From Akkermansiaceae bacterium (GTDB lineage Bacteria; Verrucomicrobiota; Verrucomicrobiia; Verrucomicrobiales; Akkermansiaceae), in the NCBI GenBank assembly GCA_051251915.1, contig JBPOGF010000014.1:32001-96000 (forward strand): a stretch of 64,000 nt of DNA. The letters are read 5' to 3'. This document shows, piece after piece, positions 9,019-18,348 of the stretch. The notes beneath the pieces were generated by a model. The model did no database searches and was not told the DNA's origin. It saw only the letters and a list, made by a program, of their open reading frames with translations. A program made the position numbers and the translations under genes. Each line of letters begins with the position of its first letter. The stretch's first letter is position 1.

Positions 9019-10488
9019 TTAGTCCTTATTTTTCAGCTGTGGGAAGAGGACTACGTCTCTGATGGTGGGTGCTCCGGTGAGCATCATGATGAGGCGATCG
9101 ATTCCGATGCCGATTCCACCTGCTGGAGGCATTCCGCTTTCCATGGTTTCTACGAAATCATGGTCGATGTTTTGAGTTTCACCGCCTGCTTGTTCCTCGA
9201 AGCGTTGACGCTGGAGGATGGGGTCATTTAGCTCTGAGTAGCCAGGGGAGATCTCTTGGCCATTGATGATGAGTTCGTAGACATCGATGACGTCTGGGTT
9301 CTCTGGATTTAGCTTAGCGAGTGGGATGAGTTCTTTGGAGACGTGAGTGACGAAGCATGGATCGAATGAATGCTCTTCCACGAGTTTCTCGAAGACTTGC
9401 TGAGTGATCTCGTAGTCTTCCATGTTGTCTGAGATTTCTACGCCTAGTTCTTTGCACTTTGCTCGGTGTTGTTCTTCTGTTAGGTCGAACCAGTCATCGC
9501 CTGCGACTTCTTTGATGAGGTCGTGGTATGGTCTGCGTTTCCATGGTCGTTCTAGGTTGATGGTGCGGAGAGGGGTGCCTTCTGCGTCTTTGTGCTCGAT
9601 TTGTAGTCCACCGCAGAATTTCTCGGCGAGGTGGCATGTCATTTCTTCTACGAGGTCAGCCATTTGCTCGAAATCTGAGAATGCCCAGTAGGCTTCTAGC
9701 ATGGTGAACTCTGGATTGTGGCGACGTGAGATGCCTTCGTTTCGGAAGTTTCTGTTGAGTTCGAAGATCTTGGTGAATCCGCCGCAGAGTAGTCTCTTGA
9801 GGTGGAGTTCAGGTGCGACTCGGAGTGTGAGTGGCATGCTGAGGGCATTGTGGTGAGTCTCAAATGGCTTGGCAGCTGCTCCGCCTGCAACGCCGTGAAG
9901 CATTGGAGTTTCTACTTCTAGGAAGCCGCGCTCGTGGAGGAAGTTGCGGATTTCTGCGATCATTTGTGAGCGCTTGACGAAGAGGTCTGCGCTTTCTTGG
10001 TTCGACATGAGGTCGAGGTGGCGTTTGCGGTATTTTGTTTCACGGTCAGAGACTCCGTGCCATTTGTCTGGCATAGGGCGGAGTGCTTTGGATAGGACGG
10101 TGAGTTTTTCAACTTTGACTGACGGTTCGCCTTTTCCTGTGGTGAATGTTTCACCTTCGATGCCTACCCAGTCACCTAGGTCCATGAGTTTCCAAGCTTG
10201 CCAGTCTAGTTCAGAGAGGCCTTTTTGGTTGAGGTAGCCTTGGATACGACCGTGGACGTCTCCGATGGTGAAGAATACGCTTTTTCCCATGTCGCGGATA
10301 GCGAGTAGGCGGCCTGCGAGAGTTACTGGTTTGTCGTTCTCGAAGTTTGCTTTAAGTTCACCTGGGGTGATGGTGACTGGAAATTTTTGTCCATAGGGAT
10401 CGATCCCAAGAGCACGGAGTTGGTTCATTTTCTCGGTGCGGACTGCGATGAGTTCTTGCTCAGTTGATTGCGTTTCTTGCTCGCTCAT
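9019..10488 (-). CDS. lysS: Lysine--tRNA ligase (class II)
   Basis: GGAAAKPFETHHN, FRNEGISRRHNPEF, GMPPAGGIGIGIDRL. Confidence 0.98.
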   Translation of the reverse strand: MSEQETQSTEQELIAVRTEKMNQLRALGIDPYGQKFPVTITPGELKANFENDKPVTLAGRLLAIRDMGKSVFFTIGDVHGRIQGYLNQKGLSELDWQAWKLMDLGDWVGIEGETFTTGKGEPSVKVEKLTVLSKALRPMPDKWHGVSDRETKYRKRHLDLMSNQESADLFVKRSQMIAEIRNFLHERGFLEVETPMLHGVAGGAAAKPFETHHNALSMPLTLRVAPELHLKRLLCGGFTKIFELNRNFRNEGISRRHNPEFTMLEAYWAFSDFEQMADLVEEMTCHLAEKFCGGLQIEHKDAEGTPLRTINLERPWKRRPYHDLIKEVAGDDWFDLTEEQHRAKCKELGVEISDNMEDYEITQQVFEKLVEEHSFDPCFVTHVSKELIPLAKLNPENPDVIDVYELIINGQEISPGYSELNDPILQRQRFEEQAGGETQNIDHDFVETMESGMPPAGGIGIGIDRLIMMLTGAPTIRDVVLFPQLKNKD

Positions 10489-10647
10489 AGTGAAGCGGAG
10501 ACTAGTGGTGTTTAGGGAATTTGCAATAGAAGATTACAGGGAATTAGGATTAATTTACCAAAATTGATAATTAGAACTTGCGGAGCCACAGATTATATAG
10601 TATTGATCAGTAACTTAATTTTTTGGGTTTTTAATTAGGTTAATGAG

Positions 10648-10679
10648 TAAAGCCTCCTTGGTTCGCCAAGGGGGCTTTA
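10648..10679. terminator. Intrinsic terminator-like hairpin downstream of the sulfatase
   Basis: TAAAGCCTCCTTGG-TTCG-CCAAGGGGGCTTTA. Confidence 0.75.
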
Positions 10680-10705
10680 TGAATCTCTAGGTGTAGCGTT
10701 GCAGG

Positions 10706-12085
10706 TTACTTGGTTGATTTGCGCTCACTTGAGAACACGTCGCCAGTGGGTTTGGCTGGAAGTTCTTTGAGCCATGCTTGGAGGTCTTTGGTGAGGTCAG
10801 CGACTACTTCTGGGTTTTTACCAGCTAGGTTGTTACTTTCGGCTACATCAGAGTCTATTTTGTAGAGTTCTGCTTTATTTAGCTTTGTGCTGATTACGAG
10901 TTTCCATGGGCCTTTGACTACGGCGTAGCGGGTGTAGAGTTTCCAGAATAGTGGTTTGGTTCTGGTGAGCATTTTATCACCTTTTAGAATGTTAGTGATG
11001 TCTACTCCGTCTGGTTTGTAGTCGGCTGGCATTTCAGCTCCTGCGATGGCGCAGAAGGTGGGGAGTAGATCTACGGCTGAGATGAGTGAAGCGGTATCAA
11101 TTTTTCCAGCTGGGATGTGTTTAGGCCAGCGGGCGATGAATGGGACACCGATTCCGCCTTCGTATAATGTTGCTTTGTGGCCTTTTCTTCCTCCGGTGAT
11201 GCCTTTGGATGCTCCGGTGTTGTAGCCTGCTCCGGTGGCTGTATCGTAGAAGAGCTCGGGTTCGATGGGGCTTTTGGCGCGGGCGGGGCCGTTATCTGAG
11301 CTGAAAACGACGAGGGTGTTATCGGTGATTTTTAGGTCATCTAGGGTGTCTAGGAGTAGGCCGATGCGGTCGTCTGCGTGTGAGAGGACTGAGGCGTAGA
11401 TCTGGTCTGCGCGGTTTTCTAAGTCACGGAATCTCCATTCGAACATGGGGACGGTGTGGAATGGGGTGTGAGGCTCGTGCATCCAGAGGTTGAGGAAGAA
11501 TGGTTTATTTTCTGCGTGAGCGCTTTTGATGAATTTTATGGATTCGATGACGTCTTCGTGGACTGGTAGCTGGACGCCTGAGCAGTTGAATGCCCATGCT
11601 TGGTCGTAGCCGTATTTGATGGGTGCTGGTGAATCTGGGATCATGTTGTTGGCGAGGTGCCATTTTCCAAAGTGAGCGGTTTTGTAGCCGGCTTTTTGGA
11701 GCATTTTGGGGAGGGTTGGGGCGTTTAGGTCAAGCCAGTCTGGCATTCCTCGTTTGGCGTTGTTGTCTGGGAATGCGAAGTGGCCATCGATGGCGTAGCG
11801 AGCGGGGAAGTGTCCGGTCATGACTGCGGCGCGGCTAGGTGAGCATACTCCGCTGGCAACGGTGAAGCGCTGGAAGTCTGTGCCTTCGTTTGCGATTCTG
11901 TCGATGTTGGGGGTTTTGATGTATGGGTGATCATGGCAACTGAGGTCTCCCCAGCCCCAGTCATCGGTGAAGATAAAGAGAATGTTTGGCTTAGATTGAG
12001 TTTCTGTAGGTTGCGGTTCTTGTGCATTTAGTCCTGCAAATGAGAATCCGAGTAAACTACCTGTAAGAATTAGTTTTTTTATCAT
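10706..12085 (-). CDS. Exported Cys-type (formylglycine) sulfatase, family S1
   Basis: KPNILFIFTDD, CSPSRAAVMTG, GKWHL, SDNG; signal peptide. Confidence 0.95.
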   Translation of the reverse strand: MIKKLILTGSLLGFSFAGLNAQEPQPTETQSKPNILFIFTDDWGWGDLSCHDHPYIKTPNIDRIANEGTDFQRFTVASGVCSPSRAAVMTGHFPARYAIDGHFAFPDNNAKRGMPDWLDLNAPTLPKMLQKAGYKTAHFGKWHLANNMIPDSPAPIKYGYDQAWAFNCSGVQLPVHEDVIESIKFIKSAHAENKPFFLNLWMHEPHTPFHTVPMFEWRFRDLENRADQIYASVLSHADDRIGLLLDTLDDLKITDNTLVVFSSDNGPARAKSPIEPELFYDTATGAGYNTGASKGITGGRKGHKATLYEGGIGVPFIARWPKHIPAGKIDTASLISAVDLLPTFCAIAGAEMPADYKPDGVDITNILKGDKMLTRTKPLFWKLYTRYAVVKGPWKLVISTKLNKAELYKIDSDVAESNNLAGKNPEVVADLTKDLQAWLKELPAKPTGDVFSSERKSTK

Positions 12086-12233
12086 CAGTTTGATTTGGTT
12101 ATGATTACATCTGTATTACAGCTGTAAAATGAGTATCCATTTCAAGGCATTAGGTGTTAGGAAGCGAGCAAAAAATAGCGGAAGAATGTCAGTATGTTTG
12201 GCTGAGAATGTATATGCTATGGGATGGGGATTT

Positions 12234-15206
12234 TTACTTATGGGAGGGTGCTACTTTTAGGTTCATGAGGACTTGCTGATCAGACTCGTGGAGGCGGCGA
12301 GTTACTGATTGGCGGGTTTCATTTGGGGCGCCGTAGTTCCTGATGACTTCCATGGTGAGGGTGGTGTCGCTTTTGTGGTGGTCATTCCAGTCGCCTCGGA
12401 ATTTGGCGGTTAGGGTGTATTCTCCGGGGAGTTGTTTCTGGAGCGATGCTGATTCTGGTCCTAGGCCGTGGCTGATATCGCTTAGTTGAATCCAGTGGTT
12501 GAAATTTTGTTGATGGGTGAGTTCTCGGTGTTTGTCAATGAGGGTGTTTTTTATGATGAGATCGATGTCGAATTGCTCGGAGTCCCAGATGAGGTTGACT
12601 TTGATGTCTAGTGGGACATGGCGGACTAGTGAGGAGTCTATTCCGAGGTCTGCTGGGTTGATGTTTCCTTTGATGAGACAGGCGTTCATTTCTTCCAGGT
12701 AGATTATGTTGCGATGTCTGTAGTGGTTGTCTTTGAGTGCACGATAGTAGAGTGAGGCTGCGGTGTGGTAATCTTTTTGTTTGTCGTGTAAGCGTGCGAG
12801 GTCGTAGAGGCTGGTTTCTGCGTTGTTAGTAAGAAATGCTATGCGTTGGAAGAGGCGTTTAGCTGTGGGGAGTTCGCCATTGCGGAAAAATGCTCTGGCT
12901 GCTCTGCGGAGGATTTCTGGGTTGTCTGGATGGAGTTCTGCGAGATCTTGAGCGACTTTAGAGGTAAGTTTTTTTGCATTTTGATCTAGGAGGTAGCAGA
13001 TGATGTCCTCGTAGAAGTCGGCAGTCCAAGTGTGTTTATTTTTGAGTGTGAGGTAGGTGTTGAACCACTTGTCCTGGTCAAGTAGCGCTATTTTGGAGAG
13101 GGTCTGGAGGTAAGTTTTTTTCTGATCCCAATGGTAGGTGGTCTTGGTGAGTTTAAGTGGCTGAGTTTTTGTTGATGGCTGAGTATTGCGGCCGTCTCCC
13201 CAAAAGTTTTGTTCGCGAATGAATATTCGGTCATGTGGGTAGAGTTTTTCAATTTGGTGTTCAGGGATCTTCATGCTGTATTTATAGACCTTTCCATTTC
13301 TGTGTAGCTCAACTCTATTTAAGGCGGCGAAGACTGTGGGGTGAGATAAGTCTACGCCTTGTTTTAATGTTGTTCCTGATCTTAGTGATAGTAGTCCTGG
13401 GTTTCTGAGTTGGCCGCTAAATGCGACAGGCATCATTTTTTGGCGGGCGATGAGGGTATCACGTAGTGTGGTGTATTTTTTGAGCTGTTGGGAGATGGCT
13501 AGTTGGTTGGTTTCAGTGGTGGTTTGTTGGTGGATTTGTTTAAGAGCGGCTTTTTCTATGGGGGTGAGCTCGATGATGTCTGTAGGGGTGTCTAGCCAGT
13601 AGTTGACGTCATCATTGATGAAGCTGTGGGCGAAATGTTGGTATGTGGGCTTCTTTTTGGTTAGTTCATCGCAGTGTTTTTTCCATTTTTCTGCGTAGCG
13701 AGCGAGGCGATGGTTTGGTTTTGATTTTTTGTATGCGAGAAGTTTATTCCAGGATACTACTAGTTCTGGGTGGGTTTCTGGGGGTGGGATGTTGTAGTGG
13801 ATGTGTTGGTGGATGTTTTCTAGGACGATCCATGAGTGTTTGGTGTCTGCGACTTGGTGCTCGGTGTGGAATGCTGAGATTTCGGAGTTGGGTGCTGATT
13901 TGGCTTTGAGTTTTTTGGCATATTGGTGGGCCCATAGCCAGTAGGCGGCTTTGTGGTTGTGTTCGTCTGCGATATTTAGATCACGGGAAATGCCTGAGCA
14001 GATGATGTGTGAGCTTGTTTTTCCGTAACTCATAGAGGTTAAGCCCATGTTACGGAAGCCATGGTGCTGGCTGAGGAAGGAGAGGTCTTTTAGGTAGTTG
14101 TTGTTGCTTTTTTCTAAGATGGTAAATAGGGGGAATGTTAGATTTTCTGGGATGTCTTGGTGGCCCTCGGGGAACTGGCCATCGGTGATGATGATGACTC
14201 CGTTGTGTGGTTCATTCCAGGGGAGGACGGAGGGTCTAGCCATGCCGTGTGGTTTGATTTTTTGGAGGCGCTGGATGAGGGAGTCGCATTTGCCATCTTT
14301 GACTGTGAAGGATTCTTTGGCTTCAAGGGAATCGCGGAAGATAGAGAGTTCTATTTTTCCTGATTTTCTCCAGATGAACCATTTTTGGAGTTCATCGAGT
14401 ATTTTGTGATTGGCTTTAATTGATCCGTCCCACCAGAGTTGGGTTGTGTCTCCTGGTTGTTTAATGAGATGGATGTCGAAAAAGCTATCGTCTTCCCAGA
14501 ATATGGATGTGTATGTCTTTCCTTTTTCTTTCCATGCTAGGGTTACAGGTAAGCTTTGGAGATTCAGGAGGCATGGTTTGAGGGCTTGCTTTTGACCTTC
14601 CATGGAGGCGGTCCAGGAGCCTTTTTGGGTTTTGGTGAATTTCCATCCTTGGGCTGTTGGTGGGGCTGAGACGTTGGAGATGGAGATGGTGGTTTTCGTT
14701 GTGGTTGCTGAGCCGAATGTTTCTAGGGCGAGGTCGACTTGGTTGTTTTCGATCATGCGCATGGTGGTGAGCCAGACGGTTTTTGTTTTATGGGATTCGA
14801 TGGGGAAGACGCGCATTTTGAAGAGGTTGTTTTCTTCATCGATTTCGACGATTCCTGGGTCGGTTTTTTGGCGGACGATGTTTTCGTATGCGTGGAGAGC
14901 TTTTGTTGCGGAGACGACAACGCCGGCGCGTTTTTCGCCGAAGACATCCATGGCGTATTCTACGATTTTGGAGCCTGCTGGGAGTGGGCATATGAGTTGG
15001 CCTTCGGTGCTGGCGTCGCCGTCGTTGTAGAAGACGAGTTTGTATTTTTGGATGAGGATGTGTCCGATGATTTCGTTTTCTATCTGGATGGACTGGAGGT
15101 TGGTTTGGCGTTTGTTTGTTCCTTCTCCAATGGAGATGCTTACTTGGGCGTGGGTTATATTTACGACTAGGAATAGTAGATAGAAAATGGCAGGCAGGAC
15201 TCTCAT
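12234..15206 (-). CDS. Exported VIT-domain protein with TPR region and DUF2135/YfaP-like C-terminus
   Basis: VIT motifs (EGQLICPLP...YAMD...AYENIVRQKTDPG); TPR-like helices; LDIKVNLIWD...DIDL...GLGPE. The track start is 15242; the signal-peptide start at 15206 is preferred. Confidence 0.75.
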   Translation of the reverse strand: MRVLPAIFYLLFLVVNITHAQVSISIGEGTNKRQTNLQSIQIENEIIGHILIQKYKLVFYNDGDASTEGQLICPLPAGSKIVEYAMDVFGEKRAGVVVSATKALHAYENIVRQKTDPGIVEIDEENNLFKMRVFPIESHKTKTVWLTTMRMIENNQVDLALETFGSATTTKTTISISNVSAPPTAQGWKFTKTQKGSWTASMEGQKQALKPCLLNLQSLPVTLAWKEKGKTYTSIFWEDDSFFDIHLIKQPGDTTQLWWDGSIKANHKILDELQKWFIWRKSGKIELSIFRDSLEAKESFTVKDGKCDSLIQRLQKIKPHGMARPSVLPWNEPHNGVIIITDGQFPEGHQDIPENLTFPLFTILEKSNNNYLKDLSFLSQHHGFRNMGLTSMSYGKTSSHIICSGISRDLNIADEHNHKAAYWLWAHQYAKKLKAKSAPNSEISAFHTEHQVADTKHSWIVLENIHQHIHYNIPPPETHPELVVSWNKLLAYKKSKPNHRLARYAEKWKKHCDELTKKKPTYQHFAHSFINDDVNYWLDTPTDIIELTPIEKAALKQIHQQTTTETNQLAISQQLKKYTTLRDTLIARQKMMPVAFSGQLRNPGLLSLRSGTTLKQGVDLSHPTVFAALNRVELHRNGKVYKYSMKIPEHQIEKLYPHDRIFIREQNFWGDGRNTQPSTKTQPLKLTKTTYHWDQKKTYLQTLSKIALLDQDKWFNTYLTLKNKHTWTADFYEDIICYLLDQNAKKLTSKVAQDLAELHPDNPEILRRAARAFFRNGELPTAKRLFQRIAFLTNNAETSLYDLARLHDKQKDYHTAASLYYRALKDNHYRHRNIIYLEEMNACLIKGNINPADLGIDSSLVRHVPLDIKVNLIWDSEQFDIDLIIKNTLIDKHRELTHQQNFNHWIQLSDISHGLGPESASLQKQLPGEYTLTAKFRGDWNDHHKSDTTLTMEVIRNYGAPNETRQSVTRRLHESDQQVLMNLKVAPSHK

Positions 15207-15238
15207 ATGAGAGTAGGACAGGTGAGGGGGGAGGTTGT

Positions 15239-15907
15239 TCAATTTGATGAGGGGAAATTAGGTTCCTCTAGAGCTTTGAGGAAGTTTGGGTGGGCGCCGG
15301 AGAAGCGTTGGTATTCTCCTTCACGGCCGCGGCTTTTTAGGAGTTTTTTTTCTGGTAACCAGTTGATGAACAATAATACGAACCCGATGATAGTGAGGTT
15401 AGAAGATCTTGTTCCAGATATCATCGGGATGATAATTAATAGGATTATGCCTGCGAACATAGGTACAAAGCGAAAGTAGCTTCTTAGTTGTCTTGATTTT
15501 AGGATTTGTGGCGAGCAAAATACGTGGACTGCTCCACCTTGTGTTCGGGTGCTAGAGTGCAGAATAGAGAAGAGTAATACCAAGGGAAAGAATGCGGTCC
15601 AACCTAACGATGAGGAGATCGAATTAAAAGTATATAGGTTAAAGCCAAGATAGCTTAGGCATAGGAGAATCATTATTAGATTAAATGGTTTTAGCATGTC
15701 TTGCCAAGGGGTTCTGGAGCGTAGTTGGACTGGGATGGGGGTGGATTTATCTGTTTCATCTCCGGTGACTACGCAGACTCGGGGGCCGATGAAGTTTTCT
15801 TTTACCATGAGGTGGTCTCCGTCACGATAGCCTAGGGTGTTGGATTCTAGGTTGGGGTTTACTACGGATGTTTTTGGGGGAGTGTAGGGGTTTAGTTCTA
15901 GAGGCAT
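15239..15907 (-). CDS. Hypothetical 4-TM membrane protein
   Basis: N-terminal NPYTPP, CVVTG, four hydrophobic segments, C-terminal FSGAHPNFLKAL. Confidence 0.7.
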   Translation of the reverse strand: MPLELNPYTPPKTSVVNPNLESNTLGYRDGDHLMVKENFIGPRVCVVTGDETDKSTPIPVQLRSRTPWQDMLKPFNLIMILLCLSYLGFNLYTFNSISSSLGWTAFFPLVLLFSILHSSTRTQGGAVHVFCSPQILKSRQLRSYFRFVPMFAGIILLIIIPMISGTRSSNLTIIGFVLLFINWLPEKKLLKSRGREGEYQRFSGAHPNFLKALEEPNFPSSN

Positions 15908-15931
15908 CTTGAGCTAGGTATTGCTGTTAGA

Positions 15932-16537
15932 TTATTTTATGTTGGATGCAGTAGGGAGGGCTTGGAGGAAGTTTTCGTGGGCGCCTTTGAAGTAGTGGTG
16001 TCCGTTTTCTTCATTTTCATATGCAACGGGGTGCTTTTTATAGAGGTAACTTCCTATGATCACTAGGGGTAGGTATAGGATGTACGTTTGGAAATTAAAC
16101 TTAGGTTGTGTACTTAAGATCATGATTGATGCGGCTGCTATGTAGAAAATTGTGGAGAGAGTGTTTCTGCGTGATCTTTTGGTTTGGTATGGCTTGGAGT
16201 AGTGTATTTGGATGAAGGGGGATTTATAGTTGTTGGCAAGAGTGAGGGTTAGGAACCATAGGGGGATTGTTAGGAATGTGAATATACGGTTATCGATGAG
16301 GAAGGCAGCTATGATGAGTGCGGCGGTGGTGAGGATGTAGAAGATGATTTTGTAGAGTAATCTTTTTTCCCAGCCATCGCCTGTGGTTAGGTAGACTTTG
16401 GTGGGTTTTACGTCGTCTTGGATGATGATGCCTGTGGCGGCGCAGATATTAGGGGCGATGTAGCCGGCGGGGGCTGAGAATTCTTTGTCTGAGCGGTATG
16501 CTGATTGGGGGGATGAGTGGGTGGTGGGTATCGGCAT
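15932..16537 (-). CDS. Hypothetical 4-TM membrane protein, paralogue of the neighbouring gene
   Basis: CAATG, four TM segments, C-terminal FKGAHENFLQAL. Confidence 0.7.
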   Translation of the reverse strand: MPIPTTHSSPQSAYRSDKEFSAPAGYIAPNICAATGIIIQDDVKPTKVYLTTGDGWEKRLLYKIIFYILTTAALIIAAFLIDNRIFTFLTIPLWFLTLTLANNYKSPFIQIHYSKPYQTKRSRRNTLSTIFYIAAASIMILSTQPKFNFQTYILYLPLVIIGSYLYKKHPVAYENEENGHHYFKGAHENFLQALPTASNIK

Positions 16538-16643
16538 GCTTATACATTAGCTTAGATTAATGGGTGCTGTAAACTGTTGATGACGGATTGATTTTAGATT
16601 GTAGGGAATATAGTGGGGGAGGGGCGGCTCTTATTAGTAACTT

Positions 16644-16859
16644 ATGGAAGATATAATGATTATTTTGGGCATGCTGGTGCTTTATTACGCGCTGCAGATG
16701 TGGATTTTGCCCGCCTTTGGAGTTCCGACATGAATGAAGCCTAAAAAGTCCTCCGGCGGGGGATGAGGGATTTCTAAACCTAAATCACCGGTCGGTGATG
16801 AGTTGGAGAAAATAGAGGAGTCGACAAGGGAGTCTGGAGAAGATGGAGTTGCTAAGTAA
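16644..16859 (+). CDS. Candidate small single-TM selenoprotein with two Sec residues (71 aa; U30, U41)
   Basis: MEDIMIILGMLVLYYALQMWILPAFGVPT-U-MKPKKSSGGG-U-GISKPKSPVGDELEKIEESTRESGEDGVAK-TAA. TGA at 16731-16733 and 16764-16766, each followed by a hairpin. The frame fills the intergenic gap and ends at a terminator hairpin. Confidence 0.7.
16749..16763 (+). promoter_or_regulatory. Candidate bacterial SECIS element for UGA #1
   Basis: TCCTCC-GGC-GGGGGA stem-loop beginning 15 nt after the first UGA; loop starts with GG. Confidence 0.55.
16784..16799 (+). promoter_or_regulatory. Candidate bacterial SECIS element for UGA #2
   Basis: Perfect ATCACC-GGTC-GGTGAT stem-loop beginning 17 nt after the second UGA; GGUC loop like the apex of the E. 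coli fdhF SECIS. Confidence 0.65.
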
Positions 16860-16882
16860 AAGGCTACCAGAGTGGTAGCCTT
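16858..16882. terminator. Terminator hairpin between convergent genes
   Basis: AAAAGGCTACC-AGAGT-GGTAGCCTT; the U tail is on the minus strand. Confidence 0.75.
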
Positions 16883-16913
16883 AGGTAGTCAATTTAAGAA
16901 GAATTTGTTTGGG

Positions 16914-18284
16914 TTATTTCTCGCCTAGGTGGATAAGTTTTTTGTTGATGAACTCAAGGATTCCTAGGTATGAGAGTTCGCGGCCATAGCCGGAGTTTTT
17001 GGTACCGCCGAAGGGTAGATCTTCTTGGGAGTTTGTGGGTTGGTTGAGAAATACCATTCCTGTGTCGATCTGTTCTGCTAGTTTTTGTCCGCGGTCGATG
17101 TCTTTGGTGAAAATGGAACCGCCTAGTCCGTAGGAGGAGTCGTTTGCTAGGGCGATGGCTTCTTCATCGTTTTTGACACGATAGACGGTGGCTACTGGTC
17201 CGAATAGTTCTTGGTCGAAGCTTGGCATGTCTTTGGTGACTCCGCTTAGGATGGTTGGGTTGTAGAATGCGCCGTCGCGGTCTGGTCTGCTTGCTCCGCA
17301 GACTACTGTGGCGCCTGCATCGACTGTTTTCTGGACACTCTCTGCGAGATTTACTGCGGCGTCTTCTGTAGATAGTGGACCTAGGTCAGTGTCTGCATCG
17401 AGTGGGTCACCTACTTGCATGGATTCGACGGCTTTTTTGAATTCTGCTAGAAATGCGTCTGCTACTTTATCGTGGATGATGAAGCGTTTGGCTGCTACGC
17501 ATGATTGACCATTATTTACGAATCTGCCTTTCATGGCCATTTGAATGGTGCTTTGCATGTCGGCATCTTCGAGCACGATGAATGCGTCGTTGCCGCCAAG
17601 TTCGAGAACTGAGCGCTTGAGGTTTTTTCCTGCTAGGCCAGCGACTGCGGCTCCTGCTTTTTCGCTACCTGTTAGTGAGACTCCAGAGATTTTATTGCTT
17701 TCTATGATCGTTGCTACAAATTCAGAAGGGATGTGTAGGTTAGTGAAAACTCCTTCAGGGAATCCACTTTCTTGGAACAATTCTCCAATTTTTGTTGAGC
17801 ATTGTGGGACGCAGCCAGCGTGTTTTATAAGGCAGGTGTTTCCCGCCATGATATTGGGGGCGGCGAAGCGGATGACTTGGTAGAATGGGAAATTCCATGG
17901 CATTACACCTAGTAGTGCTCCAATGGGAGCGTGTTGGATGTAGGCATTGATGCCGTCTTTTTTGAGAGGTTGGTTAGCTAGGAATTCTTCGGCTCCGTTA
18001 GCGTAGAATTCAACGATGTCGGCACAGAAGCCGATTTCATATTTAGCTTCTTCGAGTCGCTTACCCATTTCTAAGGTGATGAGTTTGGCGTAATTGTCTT
18101 TGCGCTCGCGGAGGGTGGAGGCGAGCTTGAGCATGAGTTTTTTTCGATCTGCAATTGAAGTTTGGCGCCATGATTTGAATGCTTCATTGGCTTTGTCCAC
18201 AGCGTCCATCGCTTGTTCTTTGCTAAGCGGGTCGTAGGATTTTAATTCTTGGTTTGTTGTTGGGTTGATGGATTTTATGCTCAT
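16914..18284 (-). CDS. NAD(P)-dependent aldehyde dehydrogenase (succinate-semialdehyde dehydrogenase Sad/GabD1-like)
   Basis: VMPWNFPFYQ, LTGS, LELGGND, GQSCVAAKR, ELFGPV, PFGGTKNSGYGRE. Confidence 0.92.
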   Translation of the reverse strand: MSIKSINPTTNQELKSYDPLSKEQAMDAVDKANEAFKSWRQTSIADRKKLMLKLASTLRERKDNYAKLITLEMGKRLEEAKYEIGFCADIVEFYANGAEEFLANQPLKKDGINAYIQHAPIGALLGVMPWNFPFYQVIRFAAPNIMAGNTCLIKHAGCVPQCSTKIGELFQESGFPEGVFTNLHIPSEFVATIIESNKISGVSLTGSEKAGAAVAGLAGKNLKRSVLELGGNDAFIVLEDADMQSTIQMAMKGRFVNNGQSCVAAKRFIIHDKVADAFLAEFKKAVESMQVGDPLDADTDLGPLSTEDAAVNLAESVQKTVDAGATVVCGASRPDRDGAFYNPTILSGVTKDMPSFDQELFGPVATVYRVKNDEEAIALANDSSYGLGGSIFTKDIDRGQKLAEQIDTGMVFLNQPTNSQEDLPFGGTKNSGYGRELSYLGILEFINKKLIHLGEK

Positions 18285-18348
18285 AGGAGGTACTATCGGA
18301 CAGGTTGAATTAATGTCTAATAGTTTATGATCTATGTCTGGGGGGAGG

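Noticed and set aside
10489..10647. Lysine riboswitch or T-box upstream of lysS
   Set aside because: AT-rich with no recognisable aptamer or T-box sequence.
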